DNA of 64,000 bases, from assembly GCF_000143415.4 (NCBI RefSeq), contig NW_003314432.1:62001-126000 (forward strand), read 5' to 3'. Source of the DNA: Selaginella moellendorffii (Eukaryota; Plantae; Lycopodiophyta). A program made the translations under genes and the position numbers. Below the pieces are notes generated by a model. That model saw nothing but the letters and a program-made list of their open reading frames with translations, made no database searches and was not told the origin of the DNA. This document shows, one piece after another, positions 37,296 through 49,900 of this stretch (position 1 is its first letter; every line of letters begins with the position of its first letter).

Positions 37296-37459
37296 TATGA
37301 GTGCATGGAATATAGAAAGGGAATACAGAAATATGCATATCAATTAGCCCAATATATACAGGAGCGAGTGGTCCAGATTGAACCCAATCCGATGGCTACC
37401 AAAATCCCACTACGCTAATATTAGTATATGGCATCGTAGCCGTACACCTGGCCCTCACA
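37296..37459 (-). repeat. 3' LTR
   Basis: 164 bp; 16 mismatches by eye versus 42123-42286. Confidence 0.9.
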
Positions 37460-40400
37460 TCATCCCCTCCTTTCGAAATAATGGAAGGCTGTCAGGGTTC
37501 TCTTGTAGACGGGCTAGGATCTGGAGGAACATTAGGAGGAGGCATTAGCGGATTTGTAGATGGTATTAACTACTCCTGATCCCTTTGTATGAAGCATTTC
37601 AACCGCTACACATGCACAATTTCCGAAGGATCGGCCGGCTAGATGTCATGCCAAACCTCATAAACTTGCTGTCCAACTTGCCGCAACACCCGATACGGTC
37701 CTTTCCACTGCGCAAGGAGCCCCTTAGATAAACCACGTACCGTAAGATGGGGAAAACAGACTAACACCAAATCATCCACTTTGTACTCTACTGGTGGACG
37801 ATGATGGGAGTTGTAGTGCCGTTGTTGTCCCATTTGTACGTGGCCTAAGTATTTGGCAGACTCTGCTCAGACAAGTGGAAGAATGCTTGTCAAATATTGA
37901 TCCCACGACCTAGCATCAGGAGCTCGTGGCAATCACGAAGGTAAACCTAGCTCCGTTGGTAATATTGGATCATGACCATATAGAAGTTTATATGGTGAAG
38001 CACCAACAAAACTCTGTACCCTTGTGACATAAGCATATTGAAGAGACGGCAAATAACCATCCTAATCTGAATGTTGAAAGTTCACATACTTCACAATCAT
38101 CCCTTTGAATGTTCGAATGAGCCGTTCCACCAGACCGTCTGATTGTGGATGATAAGCACTCGTGAAAGTGTGGAGTATCCCTTACCGAGACGTCAAAACA
38201 TGAAATACCTCAGCCATAAATGCAGGACCATTATCTGAAAGAATCCGCTCTGGACAAGAATGCTGGAACACCACTCGATTGAGGAGGAAGTATCCAACAG
38301 CAGTTGCAGAGGTGCTAACAAGAGCACCAACTTCCACCTAACGAGTCAAGTAGTTAGAAGCAATAATAACATACTCATTGCCAACAGTCAACCGTGGAAA
38401 AGGTCCCATAAAATCAAACGCCACCAATTCAAACGGACAGGAAACTACAATTGACTCCAACCGTCCTTCCGCAGCACAAAAGGGAGTATTACGAGCTTGG
38501 CACCAAACGCAGCTATGCACATACCGGATAACATCACATCGCATCTCCGGCCAATAGAAAGACCTGTGCAGCTTCTTGGTCACTCAACAATGTCCAATAT
38601 GCCCACCTAGAATAGAAGAATCATGGTAAACATGGAGAAACCGTGGAATAAAGATAGAAGGCACAATCAGTCGTAAATGATCATCAAGATCCGTCCCCAC
38701 AAAATAAAGAAGGCCATTTTCAAGGTGATATTGAGAATGTAAATGCCAGAAAGGCAAGTCATCAGCAAGTGATGCAGGATTCTCAAACGCATCTCAAAGC
38801 CTTCGAATCCACATCTCAATCTTTTGAGCCTCGCAAACCTCATCAAAAGAAGGTAGATCTTGCTCTGTGCCTTAAAGACATTGAACGTCAAGTACAGCAA
38901 CCGCCGACGGCACAGAATCCTCGTCTAGAAAATCCACAAATGCTGGAACAACAGGCTCATCAGAAACATGAGAAGACAGTGGAGAAGGAAGAGGAGCTTG
39001 AGAAAAGGGCATCAGCATCAACCATAGAACTCCTTGGGCGATGAACAATATTAAAATCATATATCTGAAGCTTCAAAGCCCACCGAGCAGTACGACCAAC
39101 CAGGTTCTTTTGCTTCAATAATGAAGTAACAGCAGCATGGTCACCTTCAAGTAACATCCAAGAACCATGTAGATATGCATGAAGTTTCTCAAAACCCCAA
39201 ACTACTGTTAAACACTCCTTCTCTGTCGTGGAGTAATTCACCTCTATTGGTTGTAACGTACGGCTTATATATGCAATGGGATGATGCTGACCAAGCACAC
39301 TTGGGCTTTCTTGCATTAATACACCTCCAAGACCAATATCAGAAGCATCAACGTGCAAAATAAAAGGTCGAGTGTAGTTAGGATATGCCAAAACTGGAGG
39401 AGTCGTTAAAAGTTCTTTGAGATTCACAAATGCCCACTCACAATTTGAAGACTAGATGAAAGATGACATTGACGACTTCAGCAATGCTTGCAATGGTGCA
39501 GTGCGATCAGAAAGATGATCCACAAAACGACTGAGATACTGCACCTTGCCTAGGAAGCGCTCACATCATTCACACACTTCAGAGTAGGGAACTTTAGAAC
39601 GGCTACAAGTTTGTCAGGATCAACTTGCAAACCTTCACGAGAAATATGGTACCCAAGATAAGTTGTGTCCTTGGACCCAAACACGCACTTCGACTGCTTC
39701 AACTTTAAACCAACGTCCCATAGCCGATCCAACACTTTACACACATCACGAATGTGCTCCTCCCACGTCCCCTCCGAGTGAATCAAAACATCAGCAATGA
39801 AGTCAGCAGTCACCTCTGGCATATCATAAAGAACCTTGTCCATCATCCACTGGAAAGTTGCTGGAGCATTGTTCAAACCAAACGGCATCACCAAGAACTC
39901 GTACAAACCAAATGGTGTACGAAAAGCAGTCTTAGGAATATCTTCTTCGGCCATCAGTACTTGCCAGTACCCAGAAGCAAGATCTAGCTTGGTGAACCAA
40001 CGACTTCGCCCCAGACGATTCAAGAGATCAACAGTGTGAGGAAGAGGGTATACATCCGGGATTGTCACTTCATTTAACGGACGATAGTCGATGCAGAAAC
40101 AAATACTCCCATCAGGCTTCGTCACAAGATGAGGTTCACATACTTAAGGACTCCACGACTTCTGAATAACACCCTTCTCCAACATCTCCTTGACGTTTGC
40201 ACATAAAATCTTGATCTCCTTGGGTGACCGACGACGAACAGGAACCTTGATTGGACGAGCATCCTTAGTTGGAATGGGATGACGTGTGGCAATCTTGGCC
40301 CTAGATGATAGGTCAAATTCAAAGAGATTAGAATACTCCTTCATCAGCCGGTCAATAGCTTCAACACAAAGATTGTCATAGGGATCGAAAAAGGGAAGAG

Positions 40401-42122
40401 CAGAACAAGATGGAAACACAGGAGGAAATAGTGGGGGAACAAAAGTAATTTAAGCAAAAGTAGAAGTAGAGGGACGAAGAGGTACGGAAGTGAAAGGAAT
40501 GGATGAAACATAAGGAAGTATGAGACAAGGGGGAGAAGCCTCAAAGTCACACTTGGCATGATTGCGTTGCAACCAATCCATACCAAGAATGAGGTCAAAA
40601 GCTTGACTCGGCACCACCTGCAACGATTGCAGCTCAAGCTCGAGATCGCCCACACGCACAACCAGGTCTGCCTCATCTCGTGCACATGTATGTGTATGAC
40701 CGTTGCCATAAAGAATGAAAACGGGGTCCGCCGCATGATGCAAGTGTAGACGACAATGTGTGGCAATAGGTCGAGCAATAGAAGATAAACTCGAACCTCT
40801 ATTAACCAACACAGAGAGAATAATAGGAGACCTCTTGTTATAAAAATGAGCTTGGAAAGTAAACACTGGATGAACCGGTGCCGAGTGAACCCCTTGATGA
40901 TACTGCCGAAAGAAAGATGGAGGGGTCACTAACTTATTCGCGCAAGGTCCCTTCATTACTTGTGCGACTCCTCGTTTCCCGGATGCACTGCGGTGTCCAA
41001 ACCTTCCACTGCAGCAGCACCAACGGGACGTTGCTGACGCTAAGGTCTCCACCCAGGAAATGGAGGTCGCCAATCTGGAAAGTGCCGACAACGCCGATAA
41101 GTATGACTAACTTCATCACACACCCAGCAACAAACATCACGGCCACGACCACGCCCTCGCCCTTGGCCTTGGACTCGAGTAGCAACAGCATCAACCTCCA
41201 TTAGAACAGGACCATCACTCATAGAAAGTGGAGCGGAAGGACGTGCAGCAAGAAGTGGAAGAGGTGACGTCTCATAACGTTGTGCCAAGCAAAGAGCATC
41301 TTCAAGGGTAGCAGGAGCAAGTGCATGCACAAGTCTGACAAAATCTTGACGAAGTGCTGGCCACAACATTCCTAACTTCATCCACTCCGACATATTGGGC
41401 TCCGCACGAAACAAAAGACTTCAAAAACGAATGCCAAATTGCATCACTAACTTAGATGGCCCTTGGCAAAGACGATGCAATTGTTGGAAGGCATCATCAC
41501 AATTGTCAGCATGTCCGAAGGCGCATTTGAAGACGTCCGGAAGAACACTCCAATCCCCACAAGTGGCCGCGCTCAATCCATTATACCACTGCAACGCCAT
41601 CCCTTGGAGACACATGGGAAACTTACGCAAACATCGAGCATCATCCCACGAATGATATGTGGCAATCACCGTGAAGTGATTGAACCAATGGTACACATCA
41701 TCCCCAAGATTCCCACGAAAGAACTCTGGCCGAACGTGAGGATTGGCACCAAGAGCAGGAGGAGTTGGACCACGTGCCGTGAATGCCACCATCAATTGAG
41801 TTTGGTTGTTCATTTGCAAACGCATAGCATCAAGCAATTGGACCAACTGCTGCTCTAGAGTCAAAGGAGGAGATTGCTAATCTGCCATGAAGATAAACGA
41901 AAAAGAAAGAGCAAAAGAAGAGAAATGACAAAAAGCTAGAAGGAAATGGTAGATCTAGATAATGCAAAAAGCTAGATCTAAACCAAAATCTTGAAAAAGA
42001 AGAACAAAAGAAAAAAAAATGGAAAAAGCTAAATCTAAACAATGCAAAAGCTAGATCTAAACCAAAATCCCAAATCCAAGCACTCTTCAGGGACAATCAA
42101 AAGTGCCCTTCACTTCCACCAA

Positions 42123-42286
42123 TGTAAGTGCATGAAATATAGAAAAGGAATACAAAAATATGCATATCAATTAGCCCAATATATATAGGAGTGAGTGGTC
42201 TGGATTGAACTCAATCCGATGGCTACCAAAATCCCACTACGCTAATATTAGTATACGGCATCATAGCAGTAAACCTAGCCCTCATA
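42123..42286 (-). repeat. 5' LTR
   Basis: 164-bp direct repeat of 37296-37459, adjacent to the PBS. Confidence 0.9.
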
Positions 42287-42451
42287 GCACGAAAAAGAAA
42301 AAAGCAAATTTAGAGGATTCTTAATTCCAAATCTAAAGTGTTGGGGTCATTTTAAAAATTATTCCAGAAATATTCGAGAAGATTCTTAGGTAAGGCTTTG
42401 GCGTGCCTGCGAAGAAGATCTGATCTAGCGGCACGGCCCAAGAATTAAAAC

Positions 42452-43236
42452 ATGGCAGCAGCCACAGAGATTTATGAGAAATGGGGCCGATCGAGCTGGA
42501 TCTGGGCCTGCTCGTGCTCTATCTTCACCAACAGGAGGAGGAAGAGGTGCCCATGGAGGGAGAGGTGGCCATGGAGTGGGAGGAGGGCGCGGGGTGGCCG
42601 GGGTTGGCTGCAGATCTCTGAATCTGGCCCCGGGAGGATTAGGCCATGGTTCTGAGGCGGCTCAAGGAGGGGGTGCCCTGGGAGGAGGAGGCCATGGTTC
42701 TACTCTAGGAGGAGGACGCCACGGTTCTTCTCCGGGAGGAGGCCAAGCCTCAGTGAGCCACAACGGGAGGAGTCCAAGCCGCGCCCAGAGGAGCCCAAGC
42801 CACGTCTGGAGGAGTTCCCCTGGAGGGGAGGAGGCCATGGATCATCGCCAGGAGGAAGCCACGTCTGGAGGAGTTCCCCTGGAGCACAGCGTGCCGGGAG
42901 CTCCAACTGCTTTGAGAACCAGAGATGGCGGTGAGTTTACATTTCTTAGGTTACATGCATGCATGAGTGATTGAGAGCTCCCGGCAGGGTCATGAAGAAG
43001 AGGGAGATGACAGCGTCCCTGATCTGGAACAAGACCCGGATGCTCACTTGGAGGAGCTCGACCACGAGGCTGTCCAGTTTGTGGATACCTTGGGTTTTGC
43101 TGCACCTGCTGCTGCGAAGAGAACCCGGGGAAAGAACTGGAACCATGCTGAGACCATGCTCCTGATTGATCTCGTTTGGGAAAAACATCTCGCAAAGATT
43201 GCGGGGGAGGGAGGAGCAGCCAGCATGTTCTCATGA
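42452..43236 (+). pseudogene. Harbinger Myb/SANT-like ORF remnant with Gly-rich repeats
   Basis: KRTRGKNWNHAETMLLIDLVWEK is the start of a Myb/SANT helix and is truncated soon after. Upstream are degenerate GGAGGAGG repeats and a duplicated agccacgtctggaggagttcccctggag. Confidence 0.6.
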
Positions 43237-43299
43237 CGAAGACACAGCGCTGGAATCTCATCTTTCACCCTTTTGCTTTAGGGTTTAAATGCACATTGC

Positions 43300-44631
43300 G
43301 GATGACAAGAGCCCCGCTGCCAGAGGAAGAAGACCATGAACTTGAGGTTCGTCGGGCTGTGATTGGGAGGAGGTTTTGCATCGGCCTGTGGTGGGTGAAG
43401 CCTCGAAATGTCACCACCTGGAGTAAGTTTTCTTTGGAGTATTACGATGTGGGGAGGTGGAAGAGGAAACTTCAGATGGAGAAGAGGACCTTCTTCACCA
43501 TTTGTGGCATGCTGGAGAGCGAGATCCAGAAGCAAGATACCGGTTGGAGGAGTGTGGTGCCGGTGGATGTTCGACTGGGGGTAACTTTGTACAAGCTTTT
43601 CAAGAACACAGATTACTTGGATCTAGCAGACAAGTTCGGCATCGGGGAGTCCACAGCTCATGAGATTGTCATGGACACTACTGTGGCAATTGTCAAGTGT
43701 CTCAGGTACAAGATTCATTTTCCTTCAACCGCCAAGGAGGTTCAAGCTGTTACTGCTGGCTTTCAACAAGTGACAGGTACATTTTCTTATGTTTTTTGGA
43801 TTGTTATAAGTTTTGATGACCAATAGGAACCCGACTGCCTAATGTTGCTGGGGCGATCGACTACTAGACTGGACGGCAAGAGCTACTATGACTGGAAGCA
43901 GTGGTACTTGGTCATCTTGCAAGGGGTTTGTGATGCCCAGAAGAGGTTCCTCAGTGTCTACGCTGGGTGGCCAGGATGGTTTTAAAATGTTCTTTTTGCT
44001 TTCAGGACGCATCCATGACATGAGGGTTTTTCGTAATTCAACCCTCAAGAACAAGATTGTAGCAAGGGAGCTGCTGACATCACCCGCGATGTTAGCTTAT
44101 GATGATAGGATCAAGCCATACCTAGTGGGGGACAAAGGGTACCAACTCCAGCAGCATCTGATGATTCCACACACAAGTAAGTCTTCTTCATTCTACTTTC
44201 TTTTGTTCACTTGTTTTGGTTGTTGCTCAGCTCCGAACCCGACACCATCCAAGGCAGCTTTCAACCTTCATCACCACCTTGCTCAGATTGTTATTGAGCA
44301 AGCATTTGGACTTCTTAAAATGAAGTTCAGATGCTTGGATCAAAAACAAAGAATCCAGCCAAAGTACCATCCCAACATCATCAAGAGTTGTTGCATCTTG
44401 CACAATTTCTTGATTGATGTTGGGGAGACTGATCTTCGGGCGGAGATCCAAGCTTGGAGGAAAGAGGTGAAATGGCTCAAGGACCAGGACCTCTTTGTTG
44501 ATTACAGTGATCCCGAGCAATTGGAAGGGGAGCCTCATGAGGAGTTGCACAGTCCAGAGGATGCGAAAGAGGTTAGAGAGAACCTCACGTTTTCCCTCTG
44601 TCTTTGCCAGTGGCGCTTGTGTTTGCTTTGA
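43300..44631 (+). pseudogene. Harbinger (HARBI1-like) transposase with introns, disrupted
   Basis: MEKRTFFTICGML, RLGVTLYKL, LADKFGIGESTA, LPNVAGAID, LQGVCDAQKRFLSVYAGWPG, IHDMRVFRNS, YLVGDKGY, VIEQAFGLLKMKFRCL, CCILHNF. Confidence 0.88.
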
Positions 44632-45083
44632 AATTTGCCAGGATATAATTCTAAACATTTGAATTTGAATTTGAAATTTCAAAATTTGAATTAAGTCATT
44701 TTTAAGTGTTCGAATGCATTGTTTTTAAGTGTGTGCGAATGCAAAAGTCCTTATAAGTTTACTTTGCAACACAAATTTTTTCAATGTGCAAACCCGACTT
44801 TCTTAATTTTTAAAGTGGGTCGCTTAAGTTTTTTTTCACTAAATAAATGTGCGAATTGGTCCTTTCTCAACATAGAAGATAATGTTTTGCCAAGCTTACC
44901 ACAACCACTAGCAACCTTGATTGCCAATGATGTTGTCCTTGGCTGTGGTACCTATAACCATACAGCTAGGGCCAAAGTTACACCACCAATGGCCCATAGC
45001 AAGCACAGCCATGGTGGCACAAGGTCTCGGCCATGGCTAGCACTACCTTGGCTAGCCTTAGCCGTGGCATAGCCATCTACTAG

Positions 45084-45480
45084 AGGTGCTAGAGGAGAGC
45101 TGTTGTAGGAGGAGTGCTAGAGGAGTTGGAGGAGAGCTGTTGCAGGAGAAGTGCTGGAGGAGCTGGAGAGCTGCTATAGGAGGAGTGCTGGAGGAGCTGG
45201 AGAGCTGCTATAGGAGGAGTGCTGGAGGAGCTGGAGGAGACTCAATGCACAAGGGGTTTTGGAGCAGCTAGAGGGTGAGAAAGAATGATTTGATGAAAAT
45301 AAAATAAAAACTGAAAAATCCAAGAGTAGGATTGGCAAAAGTACAATGTGGAAGAGAGTTGTTGCAGGAGGAGCACTAGAGGACATGGAGGAGAGTTGCT
45401 ACAGGAAGAGTGTTGGAGGGAGGAGATATGTTGCATTGGAGGAAAGTAAGAGCCACTAGAGGAGTTGGGCACTAGAGGAA
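45084..45480 (+). repeat. GA-rich degenerate minisatellite (~34-bp unit ggaggagtgctggaggagctggagagctgctata)
   Basis: About 4-5 units at 45084-45240 and more diverged units at 45350-45480. Confidence 0.75.
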
Positions 45481-45929
45481 AATAATGGAGTACACAATAC
45501 CATCTACACTAACTAACCCTAACTGAACTCAAATAGATGCATTGCACTACGTTTGGTTTGCTTTGATATTGTCAATTTTTACATAAATAAAAAATTTATA
45601 TGATGTACTTATTTTAATACATTTTTTTATTCATATATAATTTGGAATTTTAGTACTTCTTGTTTATCTTTCAAAGAGTTCAACTAATTTTTTTTTTATC
45701 AATTTTATTCTTTCTATAGAAAGCTTAAAGCAAATAGTGAAGAATATAAGGAAGAAGTCCTACACTCTTGCAGCACTAAAATCTTGCAAATTTTCCTTTA
45801 AGAACATTATTACTAGTCAAAAAGTTCACTTTTTTTGAGTAGTCTGATGTGTTTGTTTTTATAGCATGTCCATAAACAGAAAATAAGGAACTTTTTACTT
45901 GCTCCTCATAGTAGAGTATCACAGTGATA

Positions 45930-46420
45930 GAAGTTCTCAAGGGTAAGGAATTGAAGAGTGACGGTGTAGAGGAGCTTTTGAGGTAGCTCGAGGGTGGTTG
46001 GGTTCAAGAGGAGGCGTAGTCTAGTTTAGAAAGACTAGATTGTTGATTTTTTGTGCCGACTTATAACATTGGTATAAGAGGTGTTAGTTGTGATGGCTGA
46101 CCAAGTTGAATGTTGGAATCCTATTGTTGATGGTGGTGCCGATGATGGTGCTGACGGAGCTGCAAAGGTTTGGACCATGGAAGATGTTATTCACAAGCTG
46201 CGAGCTCTTAATAAAAATCAGCAAGAGATGCAAGACAAGATGCATGGCATGATGAGTACTTTGTGTGAGTGTGTTGAGGCACTTAAGGCTAGTCATGGTG
46301 GCACTTTAAGTAAGCCTTCTTTGGTGGATGGACTCAAGATTCCAACCTTTTCTGGTGATGGTGGTATGGATAAGTGTTTAGCTTGGTTAGCCAATGTGAA
46401 GAAGTTTTTAATTGCTAAAG
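45930..46420 (+). mobile_element. LTR end, tRNA-Met-type PBS and gag start fragment
   Basis: ...aaCA-ttggtataagag at 46067-46080, ATG at 46093, and gag-like LKIPTFSGDGG..CLAWLANVKKFL. Confidence 0.6.
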
Positions 46421-46930
46421 GAGACCATGCTAGTGAGAGTGAGCCGTGGAAGTCTCTCATGAGCTCTTGTTGAAAGTGTGAAGTAATGGTGTGGAAAGCT
46501 TGCATTTGAGGCACGGGTGGATGGGCTCATTGCAGTAAGGTGATAGCTCGTTCCCATTGCCTTCCTTTTGTATCCTATCTCCCTCGTTGCCTCCCGACAT
46601 GCTTCATATGTTCTCTCTGTGTTCCATATGTTATCCTCTCCACTTGCGAAGCATTGCACAGCATGTTGCTGGAGCTAGGCCTCAGCCCATTCGTTGATGG
46701 CTAACATTTACAAAGGCTTCATTGGATGTTGATACAGAGAATTAAGTTTAAAGACAATTGGCCCACTTTTATGATGGGCTTAATCTATGTTGACTGGATT
46801 GTTCTTTGCAAAGCATGTATGCAAGGCGATTTTACAAGGAAATTTATCAAATCTTCCACAAAGTCAATGCCATAATCTGTCAAGAACCAAATCCTTGGAG
46901 AGCTTTAGGAATAATATATGCATAATGAAG
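46420..46930 (+). repeat. Second copy of the dispersed repeat at 5140-5603 (inverted)
   Basis: Direct reverse-complement similarity. Confidence 0.7.
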
Positions 46931-49900
46931 ATTCTTTGTTGTAGCAGTCTTTATTGGTTGAGTTTCAGCCCATTTAATTATATAGTCTATTGCAATTAGA
47001 ATGTATTAGTTTTGCTTGGAGCTTGTCATAAGTGGACTAACAAAGTCGAGTCCCCATTATTGAAAAGGTTCAAGTGGAGTTTTTGGATGAAGTTCTTGAA
47101 TTTATTTCTTTGGTGCATACTTGGTTCATTGGTAGATGTTGCATTTTTGACAACACTTAACTTAGTTATGCCAAAGTGTTGGCCACCAAAGTCTTGCTTG
47201 TAAAATTTTTCGAGTTGTGATTTCTTCAACAAAATGTCCTCCTATTTGTCTATAGTAGGCTTCTTTTAGTAGATCTTGTGTTTCTTCTAGGTTTGCACAT
47301 CTTCGTAAAATATTGTGTCTTCTTTGTTTGTACAGTTTTCTTCCCACAACTGAATATGGTTTTGTCCTCAAGAGAAATTGCTTGCACTTGTCAAAGGTTG
47401 AATATCAACTTGGTATTGTTGCTGTTGTGAGGTAGTAGTAGATGTTGTCCATTTAGGTTGGTGATATGTGGATTCAAAGGATATTAGAGTCAGGAAAGTC
47501 ATCCATGTTGTGTTTCAGTTGTTCATCGATTGTAATACAACTTAGGTATTCATGTTCTCTTCCAGGCTTGTAGATGATCTCGAAGTTGTATTCTTGAAGT
47601 AGTAAGAACCATTGTGCAATTTTGCTGGTGAGGATTATTTTGTTGAGAAAGTTACCGAGTAGGTAGTATCAAAACTTCTGGAGTGCATAAATCATTGCTA
47701 AAGCTTCTTTTTCAATTGTAGTGTAGTTTATTTCAGCTGAGTTGAGTTTTTGACTTGCATAATAGATTGGTTAGTCTTTATGATCTTCTTGTTGTTGCAA
47801 AAGGATCACTTTGAGGGCATAGTTGGAGGTGTCAACTTGGATGTTGAAGTTTTTGTTCCAGTTTGGTTAAGCAAGTATTGGAGCTTGGGTGAGGGAATTC
47901 TTGAGGTTGATAAAGGCATTTTGACAATTTTGAGTCTAGTTGTAAGCTTGATTCTTCTTGAGGAGTTCAGTGATAGGTTTTGCAATCTTGGTGTAGTCTT
48001 TGATGAATCTTCGATGGTGTCCCATCTTATCGAGGAATGATTGAAGGCTTGAAATGTCAAATGGATGTTATATGTTGGTGATTGTGAGGGTTTTGTCCTT
48101 TTCGATGAGGATTCCTTCTTTGGAAACTACATGTTCAAGTAGAATTCCTGATTTGACAAAGAAAATGCACCTATCAAGGTTCAATGTGATATTGTGTTCA
48201 TGGCATTTGATGAAGCATTTCTCTAAGCATTGGAGATGATATTTTTTGTTGCTAAAGACACTGAAGTCATTCATAAACACTCACATAAATTCAGTGAGGT
48301 ATTCTCAAAAAGTGTCAATGATGATCCATTGAAACATAATGGTGCATTGGAGAGACTGAAAGGCATGTGAAGGTAGGTATATGCTCCCCATGGATTGATG
48401 AAAGCCATCTTATAGGCACAATGTGTACTTGATTGTGTCTACTGATGCTGTTGAGAAAAGAGTACATCTCATATCCTACAACTGCATCAAGAATTTCATT
48501 AGAGAATGGAATTGAAAAGGTGTCCTTTTGAGTTGTATCATTGAGATTCTTATAGTTGACACAAATTCTAAGCTTGTTGTTCTTCTTGGGGACAATGACT
48601 AGTGGTGATAACCATTTTAGATTTTGAATTGGAAAGATGAATCTAACATTTTCAAGTTTGTCAAGCTTTTCTTTGACTTTGGTTTGTATGTTGGGATTCA
48701 TTCGGTAGGCTAATTGCTTTGTTGGTACCGCTTGTGATAGAAGTTCAATCCAATGTGTGTAGAGTTCAAGTGGAATTCCTCATAAGTCAGTCTAGGACCA
48801 GGTGAAAACATCTTGATAAGTGTCAAGTAGTTGGGTTGCTTTTGCTTTCAAATCTTCATCAACCTTTTGGGCAATGTGACTTTTTTTTGGTTCTTCAGGT
48901 GTTCCAAGGTTAATTTCTTGAGCTGGTTCTTCAAGGTTGAGTGTTGGTGTAAGTCATAATCCTTCTTGTCGTAGACCTAGTTGTTCTTGGAGTGGAATTT
49001 GTTGATGCATCAGTTTAAACTATTCAAGTTTGATGCTTGAATGTTCTTGTTGTTTTTTCATGTGTGCTAGTGTTGTCTTTTCTTTCAAATCTTGGTGTTG
49101 GAAATCTTCATTTTGAAGTTGAGGATCTTGATTGCTTGTTTTGTTCAGGATGATTTGGTTGAGATGACTTAAATTAACATTTTTAATTCAGGGTATGCCT
49201 TGAGAATTTGAGCTTCTTCATAGCTGTCGAGTCCTTCATTCTAGTCATATTGTTTGATTGTGGTTAGTTAAAATGTCTTTGCAATCTTCTTTAGAATACT
49301 GGTAGATAGTTGTGGAGCATCTTTATGTCCTCCAAGGGTGATGGTATTGTTCCTTTAGTATGTGATAATGTCTATTGTCTCGAGCCAAGTTCATTTGAGG
49401 AGTACTTCGTAACAACTTTGGTCTTTTGCCATCTTGATGTTGCGAATGTGATTTCAGGTATCGAAAGATACTTACGGACACTCTTTTTTTATTGCCATGA
49501 TGGCAGGAGGTTGGTATTGCTGGTTCCCTTTATTAACCCCTTTTGTTCAAGTGTTAGTAAACTGGATTTAGCATCTGTACTTGGCCGGATGAGCATAAGG
49601 AAGGAATTCCTACATACTTGGTTCGGCTTGTTAGTTTTCTTTTGCTTTGTCTTGCACTAGCTTAGCAAGAACCCTTGTGTATTGAGATTAGTCCCTCAAT
49701 ATCACTAGATGATAGTTTACTGTATCTGCCAAACACTCTCGCTATCATGCCCTTTGTGTTAGTTTCATTCCAGTCCCAAATGTTATTTATAGAAAGTGTC
49801 TAGATTTTCTCATTTCATATTTATGGAATGTAGAGATTGTCCTGAACACAATGGTGTTCGTCCTGTGTCCAAATTTGTAATCTAGCACCATTTCATATTT

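Larger units (their letters stand above)
37296..42286 (-). mobile_element. Full-length (~5.0 kb) degenerate Ty3/gypsy LTR retrotransposon with 164-bp LTRs and a 4-bp TSD (GCAC)
   Basis: LTRs at 37296-37459 and 42123-42286, TSD gcac at 37292-37295 and 42287-42290, PBS TGGTGGAAGTG next to the 5' LTR, PPT AAAGGAGGGGATGA. Contains gag, protease, RT (FCIDYRPLN, WFTKLDLASGYWQV, MPFGLNNAPATFQ), RNase H (LHVDASDIGLGGVL) and integrase. Confidence 0.93.
37178..44862 (+). mobile_element. PIF/Harbinger element (Myb/SANT ORF plus transposase) with a nested gypsy near its left end
   Basis: Possible termini GGACCAA (37178) and TTGGTCC (44855-44861). Subterminal TTYGCAC motifs occur at both ends in inverted orientation. 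The left boundary is uncertain. Confidence 0.6.
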
